Source: Spirochaetia bacterium (lineage in GTDB: Bacteria > Spirochaetota > Spirochaetia > DSM-2461). From it: a stretch of 64,000 bases of DNA. A program made the translations under genes and the position numbers. The stretch spans positions 3,424,001 through 3,488,000 of the forward strand of contig OY764216.1 of assembly GCA_963668315.1 (NCBI GenBank), given 5' to 3'. Shown here one piece after another: positions 1 to 10,931 of the stretch. Below the pieces are notes generated by a model. That model was not told the DNA's origin and did not search any database. It saw only the letters and a list, made by a program, of their open reading frames with translations. Each line of letters begins with the position of its first letter. Position 1 is the first letter of the stretch.

Positions 1-3000
1 AGGTGATGCTGCAGGACTAAATATGTATGCTAGTGTCTCTCTAAGTGATATCATTACTGGTAGTGCTTCTGATTTGATTAAACAGATTGGTTTAAATGTT
101 CTTTCTGGTACTGTTTCTGCTATTGAGGGTTCAATTGAGAAATATTTTCAAAATAACGGAGACTACTCATATTCTCTTGGTCAGGGATGGAGATTGAACT
201 TCCCTTATTTGAAAACAAATAATGGGGGTGTGATGGTTAGAACCCCCAAAGGAAGTTTTTATAATATTACTAGTATGGATGTCGACTGGGATCAGTCGGT
301 TTCCATTGGTGCAGCGAGAACATTAACACTAGAGAATCATGAAGGTGAAGATTTCACTCTAAAAGTATCTCAAATTAGAGCAGATGTTAGTGTATCTTCC
401 TTAAAAGATTCTGTCTCAAATTTAAAAAATGCATTAACGGAAGTTATAGGTTCAGATACCGATTTCGCGAATGGATTAACCAATTATTTAAATCTAGCTA
501 AAAGTATTGAGAATTTAATTCCCTCTTGGATTACTGTAGGTGCTTCGTTATATACAAAGGAAGGAAATATCTACAATTTTGATATTCTTGGCCGACTTAG
601 TTCAATCACGAATGCTACAGGAGATGTTATTGAATTTTCATATGATGATTCTCTCCTCCTTGATTATATTATAGATACTTATGGACGAAAGGTAAGATTT
701 GAATATCAGTGGGTAAATGGTGTATCTGTATCAGTTCCTCAAGTTTCGAGGATTTGGGTTGAGGACGATGATAGAGAGATAAATTATACTTATCAGGAAG
801 ATAGATCCGATTGTATGGGACAGCAGCTTACTTCAGCTTTTAAACTCTCTCTACCCTTATTGGATACAGCGACGGATGTGGAAGGGAGAACGTATGATTA
901 TGATTATGATGATAAGTTTCTTCTTGCATCAAATATTGGGGCGAAAATTAATGGTATAGGATTGGTCTTGGATATTCTGAGTTATTGGACTGGTGGATTA
1001 ACGAGCCGAATAAACTCTGCGTTAGGAATTAGTGGCTTAACCGTTTACGGAGGGGTACAGTTTGAGTGGATATTTCCTATTGAACGGGTTGAAGGTTCAG
1101 GTATCGGTGTGACGAAGCTTGATACAGATGTGACAACCTTGAGCTATTTTGCTTATGATTATTGTGATTATATTTTAGGTTACATCCCGACAGGGATGTC
1201 TTTTGAATTGGCTTCTCAGGAAAGACCGTGCTATTCCAGTCTTAATCGCTATGTAGATGGCAACCTTGTCTTTAATGAGAGTTATTCATATAACTTTACT
1301 TACGGAGGATATAAGCAATTCTATAATAGTAAAACCGTTGTTACAAATGATTATTTACGTACAGAATACAGTTATTCCAAGAAGACTTTGACTCGTGAAC
1401 GCTGTCTTGATTTTTCTGATGTTCTAGCTGGAGGCATATTCCAGGATAGCCATGAGATTAGAGATGTTGTCTCCTTAAATACAGGTATTACTCGCTATAA
1501 TCTGGTTGGCGGCTCTCAATATCTGGATACGAAAAAGATGTCATATAACAATGGACTCCGTCTGACCTATGAGAAGACAGCACAAGCCGTTGATATGTAT
1601 AGGGAAGTAAACTATTCCTATGATGGCTGGGGTAACCAGGTTAAAATAACGACGACTGAACAGGCTGGAGAGATTACATCCTCCCAGATCATTTCCAATC
1701 AGTTTCAGGATAATGGGATTTCTGGTTACACGAATCCCTTTGGATCCCTTACTCTGAATAGTCCTCACATCCATGATAGGCTTCGGGGAACAGTCGTCTC
1801 TGAAACCGTATCCGGGGGAATCCTCGATGAGCCAAGAACGCTTGATAACAAAGTGAGCTGGTATGATTATAACGAATACGGGCAGCGAACTGAGGAAAGA
1901 ACTCTCATAGATGATGCCGACGGAGAAATCTGGAAAACTCAAAAGTATGAGTATTACCCGGTGGACGGAAGTTTTGAATCGGGACAGCTGAAAGCTTCTA
2001 TCGCCATGGACGGGGAGGATGAACTTCTTAGAACGGATGTGGAGTATACCTTTGATAGCGGTAGCTATACTCAGAAGAGGACTTCCCGAGATATCATTCA
2101 ACATAATGACTCATCGGGAACAGATAGGGTCCAGTGGACGGTGTATGATCTTCCTACAGGAAATCCGATCCTTCAGCATGACGCCCTGGGATATGAAACG
2201 GAGTATGAGTACGACAACCTGGATCGGGTGACAAAAACGGTTAAACCGGATGATAATGATCTTTCAGGCGGTTCCCGCGACGATAATCCGGTTACTCTTG
2301 TTCATTACGATGATATCAATCTGACGACCACAGTTACCGATCCACTGGGTGCGAAAACGGTCTATTCCTACAACAATTTGGGGCAGCTTGTTACTATCGA
2401 AAAGGAGAACCGCTATCCCGCTTCGGAGACTATCACAACCGGACTTGAATATGACGGTCTGGGAAATATATCCGCAGTAATCGATCCCAGAAATAATAGA
2501 ACCCAGTATGGTTATGATGGGATCAAACGACTGATATCTGAAACCTATTACGATGGGGAAGATACGGGCTCTAACAATTATCAAAAGACCTATTCCTACA
2601 ATAACTCGTTAAACCGGAGAACCGTTACGAACGAAGAGGGTGTCATCACCTACGAATATCTGGATATGAGAGGGAATGTTGTTAAGAAAGTCGAGTTGGA
2701 CGCGAACAAATGGACTTACAGAACGAATCAAGCAGTATATACTCTTGCCAACCAGCCTCTGAAAACGGAAGCACCCCTGAACCTCGTGAATGAGTATTAC
2801 TACAATGCGGCTGGACAGCTCCAGGATGAATTAGAGCCCGAGATGACGGGTTTTGATGGGAATGATGATTTTACCGGTCGTTACTGGCACCATCTTGATT
2901 ATAACAATCAGAATCAGCTTGCTGAAGAACGTGTTCTTGCCGCTGAAGGCTCTTCAGGATTGCCGACTTCGATGCCTACTGACTTCCTGGCGGATAAAAC

Positions 3001-6000
3001 GTTTGAATATAACGGGGCGGGAGAACTGATAAGTGAGAACTACTACTACCATGACGGGGATGGTGTTCTAAATGCACAGACCGTAAAACATATCTACGAC
3101 GAAAAGGGTAGGGAGCTAGAGACTATTGACGGCAATGGTATCAGCACATTCAAAGAATATACTGCCCGTGATCAGGTGTCAGCGGAGATAGATGCTCTGG
3201 AAAGCCGAACCACCTATCTCTATGATGATAAGGATCGTGTCCTGTCCATGACGGGACCGAGGGGGAATTCGGGGAACTACCCGGCTCTGGATTTCACCAT
3301 TGCGTACGATTATGATGATCTGAACCGGCTGATAAAGGGATATCTACCCAGACGTGCCGATCAGAGCAGCAAACCTGAAGTCACTCTTAATTATGATAAG
3401 AGGGGTAATCTTCTGAACCGGAGCGAACCGGATGGGGGAGTCACGTCCTATGAGTATAACTTCAGGAACTGGCCGACCACAGAAACAAAGAGCGGAATAG
3501 ATGGGGAAGGGAATAGCCTGGAGTATGAAACTTCCTATTCCTATGACCGAGTGGGAAATCGGGAGACCATGACCAATGCCATGGGAACCTGGACCAGCAC
3601 CTATGATGCTTTTAATCGATTGACTCAAACAACGGATCCCACAGGGGCTGCCACTACCCTTAAGTACGATAAGCTGGATCGACAGATAAAAACTACCGAC
3701 GGCAATGGGAACAGCACAAGCTTTGTGTATGACCTTTATGGCAACCTGACCTCTCAAATCGATGCAGCCGGTTATACGACAGTCTATGAATTTGATCTTC
3801 TGGGTAATCGGACCAAACTGACCGATCCCCGGAACAATTCCTGGGTAACATCCTATGATGAACTGTCTCGGGTTAATAAGGAGATAAACAGCCGTGGCGG
3901 TCAGGCCCTCTATTCTTATGATGAGGGGGGACGTTTGCTTCAGCTTATCGATCCCAATGGGACGACTATCGATTATCTCTACTATGATACGGGGCTCCCT
4001 CGAAGAGTGGCTTATACGAATGGCAGTCAAACGCAGGTCGAATCCTATACCTACGATGAAGCGGGAGCTGTTAAGACGGCGACCCTGGATGGAGTTGTGA
4101 AGGAGTATAATCTTGTTGACGGTTCCTATCAGCCTGATCCGATGGGGCTTATTACCGGCCAGAGCGTCAGCTTCGACGGAAAATCCTATACCACCGATTA
4201 TAACTATGATGTCATGAACCGTCTGAGTGACATCGGATATGCCGGAGGACTTACTATCAGCCAAAGTTGGAATAATCTAGGACAATTGGAGGGAATCACC
4301 AATTTCGCTTTCGGGTTTACCTATAATAATGTGGGATACCTGGAGAGTTATGAGCAGAATAACGGAGTTTCCGTCAGCTATGACTTCACGGATAATGGGC
4401 TTCTAGCTTCTCTGGATTATCGCAAGGCAAACAGTATGGAATCTCTTCTGGGCTATGCCTATTCCTATGATGATGCGGGAAATATGACTGCCAGGAATGG
4501 GGATGCCTACGGTTATGATGTGAAGAATCAGATGATAACAGCCAGTATCGTAGGCGATAGTCTAGCTACAGAAGAATCGGTCGATTACGCGAAGGCATTA
4601 CATGTGAGCGAGGATATCCTGGGACAGGAGAAGGCTGTTCTGGTAGGGGATACGGTTGTTCTTGATGTAACCGCTTCCTCCCTTGTTATTGACTACACCT
4701 ACCCGAAGAGGATATCCAAGGTTATTATCACTCCGGATGAGGTGGACCATAGAATTACTCCCTCTACCCTCGCCGTATTTACCTCCATGTATAACAACGA
4801 AGGGTACTACGATGAAGTGGTTGATCCGGAAATCACCATTGATGAAGCAACAGGAGTGATAACCGTGGAGTTCGCCGGAGGCCAATATGCCCGGTATATG
4901 AAGCTGCACTGCCACTTTAATGAATTGAATGAAGATGGTTCCAGCAACACCGGTTCTGCCAGCTTTAGGATCTCCGGTTCCGATGCAGTGGAAGCTTATG
5001 CCATCGTGGGGGGACGAAATGAGTTCTACATCTACGATGGGAAAGGAAACCGTATCTCGAAGAGTATCATGTCAACTGATATTGAGAGTAGTCAGTACGA
5101 GTACTATTCCGATTCGGATCTTTTATTGAATAACGGTTATGGTAAGTATTATTACGCCTATGATGCCAATGGAAACCTTACGGAGAAAGGTACGGAGGCA
5201 ACGGTTAAAGGTGACGAAGTAGATATTACCGATCCCGATGAGTTGACCGGCACGGCCGATGGGGATTATGCTTATTTCCGTTATACCTACGATTTGAAGA
5301 ACAGACTGGTCCAAGTTGATAAGTCTGTCGAGGGTGTGGTCATCCCCGTTGCCTCTTACACTTATGACGTGGATGGCTATCGTGTCTCAAAAACCGATCG
5401 TGATGAGAGTGTTATAGATTATGTTTTTGATCTGAACGGAAAGATCCTGGAAGAGATTTCAGCTGATGGCTCTTTACAGTATGTTTTCATCAAGGAACGG
5501 CATCTGGCTAGGATAGAGGGGGACAGCACATTGTTCTATGGAACGGATCATGTGAATTCAACAGTACTCATGACTGATGAGAATGGTGAGATCGTTTGGT
5601 CCGGTGATGTTTCGCCCTTTGGAGATTATTCGGTGATCGATTCCGATGCTTATGAGGAAATCGGACTGAAGTATAGCGGAAAGGATCTGGATGAGGATAC
5701 GGGGCTGATGTACTTCAATGCACGGTGGTATGATGCGGATACGGGGCGGTTTATCACAGAGGATCCTGTGAGGGATGGCCTAAATTGGTATTCATACGTT
5801 TCGAATAACCCGATGAAGTTCATTGATCCGACGGGGTTAATGACTGATGAACATAGAGAAGAATATGCTGATTTAGAGTCAAATGGTGCATCACAAGAAG
5901 AATTACAGACTGCACGTGAAAGATTTGAACAACAGGAACGTGAACACATTGATGATCTAACATCAATCTATAAAAGTAATTCAACTACGGAAACGGGTAA

Positions 6001-6568
6001 GGATGTTCTTAAAAAGACTATTCTTGAATATATGGGATTCTATAATAGGGATATTGTTCCTGACTCCGTAGAGGATTATGGTGGAACTAAAGTAACTGGT
6101 GATTTTGATGCTATTGAAGGTTATGAGAATATTGAGAGTCCGCATCCTGGCCTAGACTTTGTAGGAGGAGTTGGAGTCGCAACTCCTTTCTATACTGTAT
6201 TTGATAAAGCAACAACAAATCAAGATTCAAAGCCCTTCGTCTTATCAGTTCCTGGCACTGATATTCGTATGAGGATTAAGCATGGTGATGAAACAGATGT
6301 AATGAACTTAATGAAAGGTGTTCATAAGGGTGGATTAAATTCATTTACACCTTCACAGATGATTATTCCATTTCCCAAAAATAATAATGGTAGTTCTAGC
6401 ACTAATCCTCATTTTCATTTGGAGATGACTGCAAATAGAGGCTCTTCTGATGATCCCAGACGATTTATCAATCCTCTTGGGTTGAAAACGGGCAAATCTT
6501 TAGAGTATTTATATAATAAAGGGACGAAAGATAATCCAGAGTGGATGAAGACGAATAGATATTTCTAA
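1..6568 (+). CDS. Large Rhs/YD-repeat polymorphic toxin, 5' end outside window; C-terminal M23/LytM-like tip
   Basis: Frame is open from base 2; many YD repeats; core motif YFNARWYD..GRFITEDP..NPMKFIDPTG; tip carries HPGLD and HFH motifs. Confidence 0.9.
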   Translation, partial: GDAAGLNMYASVSLSDIITGSASDLIKQIGLNVLSGTVSAIEGSIEKYFQNNGDYSYSLGQGWRLNFPYLKTNNGGVMVRTPKGSFYNITSMDVDWDQSVSIGAARTLTLENHEGEDFTLKVSQIRADVSVSSLKDSVSNLKNALTEVIGSDTDFANGLTNYLNLAKSIENLIPSWITVGASLYTKEGNIYNFDILGRLSSITNATGDVIEFSYDDSLLLDYIIDTYGRKVRFEYQWVNGVSVSVPQVSRIWVEDDDREINYTYQEDRSDCMGQQLTSAFKLSLPLLDTATDVEGRTYDYDYDDKFLLASNIGAKINGIGLVLDILSYWTGGLTSRINSALGISGLTVYGGVQFEWIFPIERVEGSGIGVTKLDTDVTTLSYFAYDYCDYILGYIPTGMSFELASQERPCYSSLNRYVDGNLVFNESYSYNFTYGGYKQFYNSKTVVTNDYLRTEYSYSKKTLTRERCLDFSDVLAGGIFQDSHEIRDVVSLNTGITRYNLVGGSQYLDTKKMSYNNGLRLTYEKTAQAVDMYREVNYSYDGWGNQVKITTTEQAGEITSSQIISNQFQDNGISGYTNPFGSLTLNSPHIHDRLRGTVVSETVSGGILDEPRTLDNKVSWYDYNEYGQRTEERTLIDDADGEIWKTQKYEYYPVDGSFESGQLKASIAMDGEDELLRTDVEYTFDSGSYTQKRTSRDIIQHNDSSGTDRVQWTVYDLPTGNPILQHDALGYETEYEYDNLDRVTKTVKPDDNDLSGGSRDDNPVTLVHYDDINLTTTVTDPLGAKTVYSYNNLGQLVTIEKENRYPASETITTGLEYDGLGNISAVIDPRNNRTQYGYDGIKRLISETYYDGEDTGSNNYQKTYSYNNSLNRRTVTNEEGVITYEYLDMRGNVVKKVELDANKWTYRTNQAVYTLANQPLKTEAPLNLVNEYYYNAAGQLQDELEPEMTGFDGNDDFTGRYWHHLDYNNQNQLAEERVLAAEGSSGLPTSMPTDFLADKTFEYNGAGELISENYYYHDGDGVLNAQTVKHIYDEKGRELETIDGNGISTFKEYTARDQVSAEIDALESRTTYLYDDKDRVLSMTGPRGNSGNYPALDFTIAYDYDDLNRLIKGYLPRRADQSSKPEVTLNYDKRGNLLNRSEPDGGVTSYEYNFRNWPTTETKSGIDGEGNSLEYETSYSYDRVGNRETMTNAMGTWTSTYDAFNRLTQTTDPTGAATTLKYDKLDRQIKTTDGNGNSTSFVYDLYGNLTSQIDAAGYTTVYEFDLLGNRTKLTDPRNNSWVTSYDELSRVNKEINSRGGQALYSYDEGGRLLQLIDPNGTTIDYLYYDTGLPRRVAYTNGSQTQVESYTYDEAGAVKTATLDGVVKEYNLVDGSYQPDPMGLITGQSVSFDGKSYTTDYNYDVMNRLSDIGYAGGLTISQSWNNLGQLEGITNFAFGFTYNNVGYLESYEQNNGVSVSYDFTDNGLLASLDYRKANSMESLLGYAYSYDDAGNMTARNGDAYGYDVKNQMITASIVGDSLATEESVDYAKALHVSEDILGQEKAVLVGDTVVLDVTASSLVIDYTYPKRISKVIITPDEVDHRITPSTLAVFTSMYNNEGYYDEVVDPEITIDEATGVITVEFAGGQYARYMKLHCHFNELNEDGSSNTGSASFRISGSDAVEAYAIVGGRNEFYIYDGKGNRISKSIMSTDIESSQYEYYSDSDLLLNNGYGKYYYAYDANGNLTEKGTEATVKGDEVDITDPDELTGTADGDYAYFRYTYDLKNRLVQVDKSVEGVVIPVASYTYDVDGYRVSKTDRDESVIDYVFDLNGKILEEISADGSLQYVFIKERHLARIEGDSTLFYGTDHVNSTVLMTDENGEIVWSGDVSPFGDYSVIDSDAYEEIGLKYSGKDLDEDTGLMYFNARWYDADTGRFITEDPVRDGLNWYSYVSNNPMKFIDPTGLMTDEHREEYADLESNGASQEELQTARERFEQQEREHIDDLTSIYKSNSTTETGKDVLKKTILEYMGFYNRDIVPDSVEDYGGTKVTGDFDAIEGYENIESPHPGLDFVGGVGVATPFYTVFDKATTNQDSKPFVLSVPGTDIRMRIKHGDETDVMNLMKGVHKGGLNSFTPSQMIIPFPKNNNGSSSTNPHFHLEMTANRGSSDDPRRFINPLGLKTGKSLEYLYNKGTKDNPEWMKTNRYF

Positions 6569-6577
6569 GGGTAGAAT

Positions 6578-6988
6578 ATGAGAAATAAATTTATATTATT
6601 ATTGTTTCTGATAACTTTCAGTATTATTTATAGTGAAACTCCTAATTACGAGGGCACATGGGCAAGTAATTCTCAATTGAGTACTACTATTCAAAGTACC
6701 TTTTTATCGATTACAAAGTTTTCAGAAAATCAATATTTAGTAACTTCTGTAAGTAATCGTATGGATATACTTACTTATATTGGTGGAGGTTATGTTAACG
6801 AAAATGGTTATTTAGTTGTTTCAACAGATCAAGGAGATACTTGGATTTTTTCAGAAGTATTCAGTTCTCGATATGATGAAGTCATTTCTATATCTGATGC
6901 AAATATGAATGAAGGATATGAAGATTATTATAGGTTACATGATAAATTCAAAACGTGGCCATTTGATAACCTGACCGTTGAGAAATAA
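6578..6988 (+). CDS. Putative immunity protein, exported
   Basis: Directly follows the Rhs; AT-rich; signal-peptide-like N-terminus. Confidence 0.7.
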   Translation: MRNKFILLLFLITFSIIYSETPNYEGTWASNSQLSTTIQSTFLSITKFSENQYLVTSVSNRMDILTYIGGGYVNENGYLVVSTDQGDTWIFSEVFSSRYDEVISISDANMNEGYEDYYRLHDKFKTWPFDNLTVEK

Positions 6989-7028
6989 TTAAATTTACCA
7001 TAAGGAGTCTTATGTTAACAAATTATGT

Positions 7029-7381
7029 CCACGCCCCCGGCGGCGGCTCCCCTCCGGTTCACCCGTCTGCTTCGCAGACAGACCGCCTTTGTTCCGATTA
7101 GGCGCCTTATCGGAACACGGGCCTGGTCACAAACCTACGGTTTGTTGCTCGGCCATGCATCCTGCTTGAACCGTCGCTCCCCACGCCAAAGGTCAACTGA
7201 AACAAAGCGTGCCTGTTTCAGGCGGGTAATTGATTCAGGTGAAGTGCAATTTTGCACTGCTGGTCATCCCTCCTGTTTTGGTATATGATGTTTACTGATC
7301 ATGGTATTATTGGAGAGTAAGCCTTCTGAATTTTTGCCTCACTTTTCCGGGGAGGGTCTCCCGGAATTTGAAGGTTCATCT
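7029..7381. repeat. ~350-bp structured leader repeat, copy 1
   Basis: Near-identical to 8502-8855; several hairpins; abuts the Rhs core fragment. Confidence 0.9.
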
Positions 7382-8080
7382 TACTTCAATGCACGGTGGT
7401 ATGATGCGGATACGGGAAGGTTTATCACAGAAGATCCGATTCGGTCAGGGTTTTTATGGTATACTTACTGTTCGAATAATCCGGTTAAATACGTAGATCC
7501 AACTGGGTTGATTGATATTGAAGCTGCAGATTTACAAGATAGAACATCTGGCCGTGATGTAGTACGTGGTGAATATCAGAAAATATATTTTGATGAAGTG
7601 ACTCAATCAATCAGAGCTGAGTATAAAGATCCATTTGAAGGTAATCTTTGAAAGACTTTTGAAAGAGGCTTAACCGGGGAGGGGGAATATGGTTCTTCTA
7701 GCACTTCCATGGGGGTTGAGTTAGAAGCTGCAATGTCTCTTGATGATATGGATTTTTATTTATCCGGTGAAGCAGAGATTGCTGATATAGAACTTGGGGA
7801 ATTGAAACCAGAGAATCCTATTGTTTTAACTTCGAATATTGATGCTTGGGGGGCGGAAGGAAAACTTGGTTTTGATGGCTTACTTCCTCAAGCAGATTTG
7901 GCATTTTATGTTGTACGCGGTAGCTTAACTATATCAGCAAGAGTTATTGATCAGTCACGTCTTGATATTACAGCTGGTATAGGTATCGCTGCAGGATTAG
8001 GATTTAAAACTAATGAAGTCGGATTTACAGCTCATATTTTACCCATTACGATAAGTGCTTCCATTGAGGATAACGAATAA
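7301..8080 (+). pseudogene. Orphan Rhs core fragment plus toxin tip 1, broken by in-frame TGA at 7649-7651
   Basis: YFNARWYD...DPTG motif; ORFs 7301-7651 and 7709-8080 share a frame with only one stop between them. Confidence 0.8.
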
Positions 8081-8382
8081 TGAAAATGAAGTTATATCTA
8101 TATGTTTTGAGTTTTTTATTTCTTGCTAATACTTTTTTTGCAGCATTCTATAGCCAATCTGTTATTTCACAAAATGGCGGTAGTGCTGATATGGGAAAAA
8201 TTGAGGATAATCGTTATTATCTATGGCTTGATGGCAATTTTTCTGAATGCCCTGGAACTGTTTGGTACAAAGTAGAGAAAGTCGAATCATATGCAATGAT
8301 AAGTGGTTATTTAGGACAGGCTAGTTTATTATTTTTGGCAATATCGATAGGAATCTATTTCGTAAAGAAAAGAAAACGATAA
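8080..8382 (+). CDS. Putative membrane immunity protein for tip 1
   Basis: TAATG overlap with tip 1; two hydrophobic segments. Confidence 0.65.
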   Translation: MKMKLYLYVLSFLFLANTFFAAFYSQSVISQNGGSADMGKIEDNRYYLWLDGNFSECPGTVWYKVEKVESYAMISGYLGQASLLFLAISIGIYFVKKRKR

Positions 8383-8501
8383 GGTTTTAGCGAATTATTC
8401 ACTCAGGGAATTTGTTCGTTTTCACCAAGCCCCCATTCGCTGCGCGAAAGGGGCCTCCCCGCTGTCGGTCCAACCGAGCCCTCCCTGCCCGAACGGATCA
8501 C

Positions 8502-8855
8502 CCACGCCCCCGGCGGCGGCTCCCCTCCGGTTCACTCGTCTGCTGGCGCAGACAGATCGCCTTTGTTCCGATAAGGCGCCTTATCGGAACACGGGCCTGG
8601 TCACAAACCTGCGGTTTGTTGTTCGGCCATGCATCCTGCTTGAACCATCGCTCCGCACGCCAAAGGTCAACAGAAACAAAGCGTGCCTGTTTCAGGCGGG
8701 TAATTGATTCAGGTGAAGTGCAATTTTGCACTGCTGGTCATCCCTCCTGTTTTGGTATATGATGTTTACTGATCATGGTATTATTGGAGAGTAAGCCTTC
8801 AGAATTTTTGCCTCACTTTTCTGGGGAGGGTCTTCCGGAATTTGAAGGTTCATCT
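8502..8855. repeat. ~350-bp structured leader repeat, copy 2, with extra GC-rich 5' extension from ~8425
   Basis: Near-identical to 7029-7381. Confidence 0.9.
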
Positions 8856-9617
8856 TACTTCAATGCACGGTGGTATGATGCGGATACGGGGAGATTTATC
8901 ACAGAGGATCCGATTCGGGATGGGTTATTGTGGTATGCCTATTGCAACAATAACCCCATGAAGTTTACCGATCCGACGGGGATGATAGCGACTCATGGTT
9001 CTACTAAAGATGATGAAGAAGAGACTAAAAAGGCTGATGAGGAGAAAGAGAAAAAGCCTAGTGGTAGTGGAAAAAAGAAAGATGGCGCTGAAGAAAAATC
9101 TGAAGAAGAGAATATTTATGATAGAGAACAAGAATTAAGAGAATTAAAAGAAGAAAATGATAAGTATTTAACTAAATTACAGAACTATGAGCACTTTGGT
9201 CTTGATCCTGACTCTTTAAAAGAAGTTCCAGTTCCTCAAACTCCGTTTGATGAAAATGACGAACATTGTGATATAAATTCATGGAATCAAGCAAAAGATC
9301 AGGGGCTAGATCCAACTCCTCCAGGTGGAACTGCTTGGAATGGAAATGATTTAACTGTTGATGAAATCTCAAAATTATATCCAAATAAAACAGATGCACC
9401 ATTAGAAGGGACAAAAGGTTTTGGATTTATTGATAATGATGGCAATAAGGTTACAAAAGAACATATGATGTTTTATGATAATACTGATTCTGATCCAAAT
9501 ACATATAATGCTTATGATAGTAATGGAATTGATGATCAAACAAAAAAGACATGGTCAATGAATGGTGAAACTGTACGCAATGGATCATTTTATGCAATTA
9601 CTGAAGAATGGTGGTAG
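8775..9617 (+). CDS. Orphan Rhs core fragment plus toxin tip 2
   Basis: YFNARWYD...DPTG followed by an unrelated AT-rich tip. Confidence 0.8.
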   Translation: MVLLESKPSEFLPHFSGEGLPEFEGSSYFNARWYDADTGRFITEDPIRDGLLWYAYCNNNPMKFTDPTGMIATHGSTKDDEEETKKADEEKEKKPSGSGKKKDGAEEKSEEENIYDREQELRELKEENDKYLTKLQNYEHFGLDPDSLKEVPVPQTPFDENDEHCDINSWNQAKDQGLDPTPPGGTAWNGNDLTVDEISKLYPNKTDAPLEGTKGFGFIDNDGNKVTKEHMMFYDNTDSDPNTYNAYDSNGIDDQTKKTWSMNGETVRNGSFYAITEEWW

Positions 9618-9630
9618 GGTTAATGAAAAA

Positions 9631-10931
9631 GATAGTGTACAATAGTGTCTGTAAATTAGAAATAAAGGGGGCTTGAAAAAGTTAGCCAATCAGTCTTCGA
9701 TTAGTTCGACCAAAAACAAAAGAAGGCATCATGACTAACGAGGATTACTATACCGTTTTCGATCAAATGATTGAAGAGCTCCAGGCAGATAATCGAGAAG
9801 GATTAACAAAGGTCATAAGTTCAATAATGAATTTATCTATGCGGTTAGAGCAAGAGAAGGCAATCCAAGCCAGTCATTATGAACGGAATGACGATCGCAT
9901 TGGCCATAGAAACGGGTACAAAAGCAGGAAGATTCGAACTCGTGTAGGTGAGATCCCTATCGAGATTCCGCAGGTCCGTGGGATGGAATTCTATCCTGGC
10001 AGCATTGAAAAAGGGTGCCGCAGCGAAAGGGCGTTGAAAATGGCAATAGCTCAGATGTATATCCAGGGGGTATCAACTCGCAGAGTAACCAAAATTGTAG
10101 AACAGCTCTGCGGCTTCGAAGTTTCCCAATCCCAGGTTTCTGAAGCAACCGCACTGCTGGATGAAGAGATTTCTAAGTGGCGGAATCGCCCTCTGGGAGC
10201 TTTTCGCTATCTCATTGTGGATGCGACCTATGAAAAAGCTCGTGTGGATAGAGCTGTCGTTTCGGCAGCCGTTCTAATTGCTTATGGAGTTGATAATAAG
10301 GGAATGAGAAGGGTTCTTGGGATTTCAACAGAACTCAGCGAGGCTGATGTTCATTGGAGAAAGTTCCTCGCTGGATTGGTTGACCGAGGTTTACATGGAG
10401 TCAGAATGATAACTTCAGATGCCCATAGTGGTCTAAAATCTGCAATAGAGGCTGTTTTTCCTACGGTTCCCTGGCATCGCTGTCAGTTTCATCTCCAGCA
10501 GAATGCTTCTCATCACGTTCCCAAGAAGAGCATGGAGAAGGAGGTAGCAGAAGACATCAGAACTATTTTTAACGCACCCAATGGAGAAGAAGCGAAACGC
10601 TTTCTTTCAATGGCTGTTAAAAAATATGAGGAAACGGCGCCCGATCTGAGTAGCTGGATGGATGAGAATATCCCCGAGTCCCTTACCGTCTTCTCAATGC
10701 CAAAGGCTCATTGGCGACGGCTAAGAACTTCAAATTTGGCAGAGCGGCAGATGAAAGAAATAAAGAGGCGAACAAGGGTAGCCATGATATTTCCAAATAG
10801 GAAGTCCGTTGATCGTCTGATCGCGGCTCTGTTAATGGAAATAGATGAGCAGTGGTTTACAGGTAAAAGATATTTGAATATGGAGACTGATTAACTTTTT
10901 CTAATTTTACAGACAAAAGGGTTGCTTTATC
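9631..10931 (+). mobile_element. IS256-family element, copy A, 8-bp TSD ATGAAAAA
   Basis: Imperfect terminal IRs GATA..TGTCTGTAAA; TSD at 9623-9630 and 10932-10939. Confidence 0.92.
9731..10894 (+). CDS. IS256/mutator-family transposase
   Basis: RNGY, GVSTR, DATY, SDAH, RCQFH and RTSN..ER motifs. Confidence 0.95.
   Translation: MTNEDYYTVFDQMIEELQADNREGLTKVISSIMNLSMRLEQEKAIQASHYERNDDRIGHRNGYKSRKIRTRVGEIPIEIPQVRGMEFYPGSIEKGCRSERALKMAIAQMYIQGVSTRRVTKIVEQLCGFEVSQSQVSEATALLDEEISKWRNRPLGAFRYLIVDATYEKARVDRAVVSAAVLIAYGVDNKGMRRVLGISTELSEADVHWRKFLAGLVDRGLHGVRMITSDAHSGLKSAIEAVFPTVPWHRCQFHLQQNASHHVPKKSMEKEVAEDIRTIFNAPNGEEAKRFLSMAVKKYEETAPDLSSWMDENIPESLTVFSMPKAHWRRLRTSNLAERQMKEIKRRTRVAMIFPNRKSVDRLIAALLMEIDEQWFTGKRYLNMETD

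Noticed and set aside
7025..7288. ORFs 7025-7288 and 8412-8762 as genes
   Set aside because: They are translations of the structured repeat, with different starts and no protein-like features
7649..7651. TGA as selenocysteine or a recoded codon
   Set aside because: No SECIS-like hairpin or redox motif seen; TGA is a normal stop elsewhere in the window
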